From positions 14,632,001-14,696,000 of the forward strand of contig JBHGNT010000014.1 in the NCBI GenBank assembly GCA_043228905.1: DNA of 64,000 nt, read 5' to 3'. The translations under genes were made by a program, and so were the position numbers. The DNA is from Azolla caroliniana (lineage: Eukaryota > Plantae > Polypodiophyta). The number at the start of each line of letters is the position of its first letter. Positions within the stretch are counted from its first letter, which is position 1. Below the pieces are notes generated by a model. The model searched no databases and had not been told where the DNA came from. It saw only the letters and a list, made by a program, of their open reading frames with translations. Below are positions 62,879 through 64,000 of this stretch, one piece after another.

Positions 62879-63571
62879 TTTCACTAAGAATAGAGATGAT
62901 AAATCCCTTGAGGGAAATGATCACCATCAAAGCTTGTCATGTTTATATAATATGTAAGGGAAATGACTAGCTTAAAATAATGTTTTGTGTAGAGTGTTTT
63001 GGCGTAAAAGTAGAGGGAATTAGGATGTCCATTGTGTGCATGCAACTACCTAAATTTGATGAATAATTAAATGGTAAATGTTTCTTAAGATGTTAGGATA
63101 CTCTCTTTCAATGGTTGGAAGAAAAGTGTATCATTCATATGTAAACAGACCTATGTGGCTGCCTATAAAACCAAACTAGTGTACACATTATAATTTGTTC
63201 ACTTCATCTGGTTACATCAACCCATCTAATATAACAATGTAGATACTAGATAGTATAAATTATAATATAAATTGCTCGTCTTCTTGTTACATCAACCCAT
63301 CCTAAATAGCAAGGTACACAATACTATTCGCCCACATCTTTTAGTTAGATTAGGATGAGAATTAAGAAACCCTAAATAAAAGAAAAAAGTCGCAAGGCAG
63401 GATTAATGATTTACATGAACCCATCCCAAAGCCCCATGAGACACGTTATCTCTCTTTCTCTTTTTATTTAGCTTACCCTAGCTACTATTAGCGTTATGTC
63501 TTGGATTCGAAACCCAATCTCTCACCTCTCTATTACTTCATATATGTCTCTTGATTTACTAGATGCCACTG

Positions 63572-63647
63572 TGGAATGTAGGGGTTGAACCCATGTCCTC
63601 TTGGTCTCTATTGGGCAACCAACCTTACCAACTAAGCTACATCCATC
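63572..63647 (-). mobile_element. Free-standing tRNA-like (SINE-head-like) copy of the cassette in the chromovirus LTRs
   Basis: Minus strand GATGGATGTAGCTTAGTTGGTAAGG..GCCCAATAGAGACCAAGAGGACATGGGTTCAACCCCTACATTCCA. Confidence 0.65.
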
Positions 63648-64000
63648 TGGGGACACACACACATACACACACAAAAGCTATCACAAGATATTTCCCTTAT
63701 CGTAGGGTGATTCATTTATAGAAGAAGAAATGGTTATAGAACTAGCCATACATTCATGTGAATAAAAAAGTTTTCGTTTTTTTGGATATGAAAAGTTATT
63801 TCAATTATACTTTTATTATTAAGAAATATCAAAATGTTAAACATAAATAAAAAAGCTTACCCTAAATATATATGTTCTACATCCTTATTTAAGAAGGTTG
63901 GGGACAATTTTATTACTTCAATGTCATCAACACATTTGAAGAGTTTTTAACATTTGCTTGTGAGCCACCACTAGAAGAATTCATGAAATTGATGAGGCTA

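Overview
Eukaryotic, plant-type DNA (a fern or other non-seed plant is my inference from the element repertoire). It holds one intact five-exon host gene (9514-13189, ARM-like N-terminus plus JmjC/cupin 2OG-dioxygenase domain) among nested LTR retrotransposons. The centre is a Ty1/copia element (15835-50598, TSD ATCTT) interrupted by a 29-kb array (19613-48800) of one very young Tat-like Ty3/gypsy family with about 12 LTR copies. The array looks like ligated reverse-transcription products rather than nested insertions: it has unprocessed LTR-LTR end joins, tail-to-tail joins, microhomology inversions, and a 285-bp target duplication instead of a 5-bp TSD. It mixes an autonomous form (1720-aa gag-pol) with a non-autonomous gag-PR-deltaRT partner, and the copies are mosaic recombinants. 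Inside it is a 2.7-kb non-coding insert equal to about 1.2 turns of a 2198-nt unit carrying a minimal type I hammerhead ribozyme, joined to gypsy LTR DNA in the polarity expected if gypsy RT copied a (possibly circular) retrozyme-like RNA. A chromovirus whose LTRs carry a tRNA-like Pol III cassette is also present. Coordinates were read by eye, no searches were run, and the array needs long-read confirmation.
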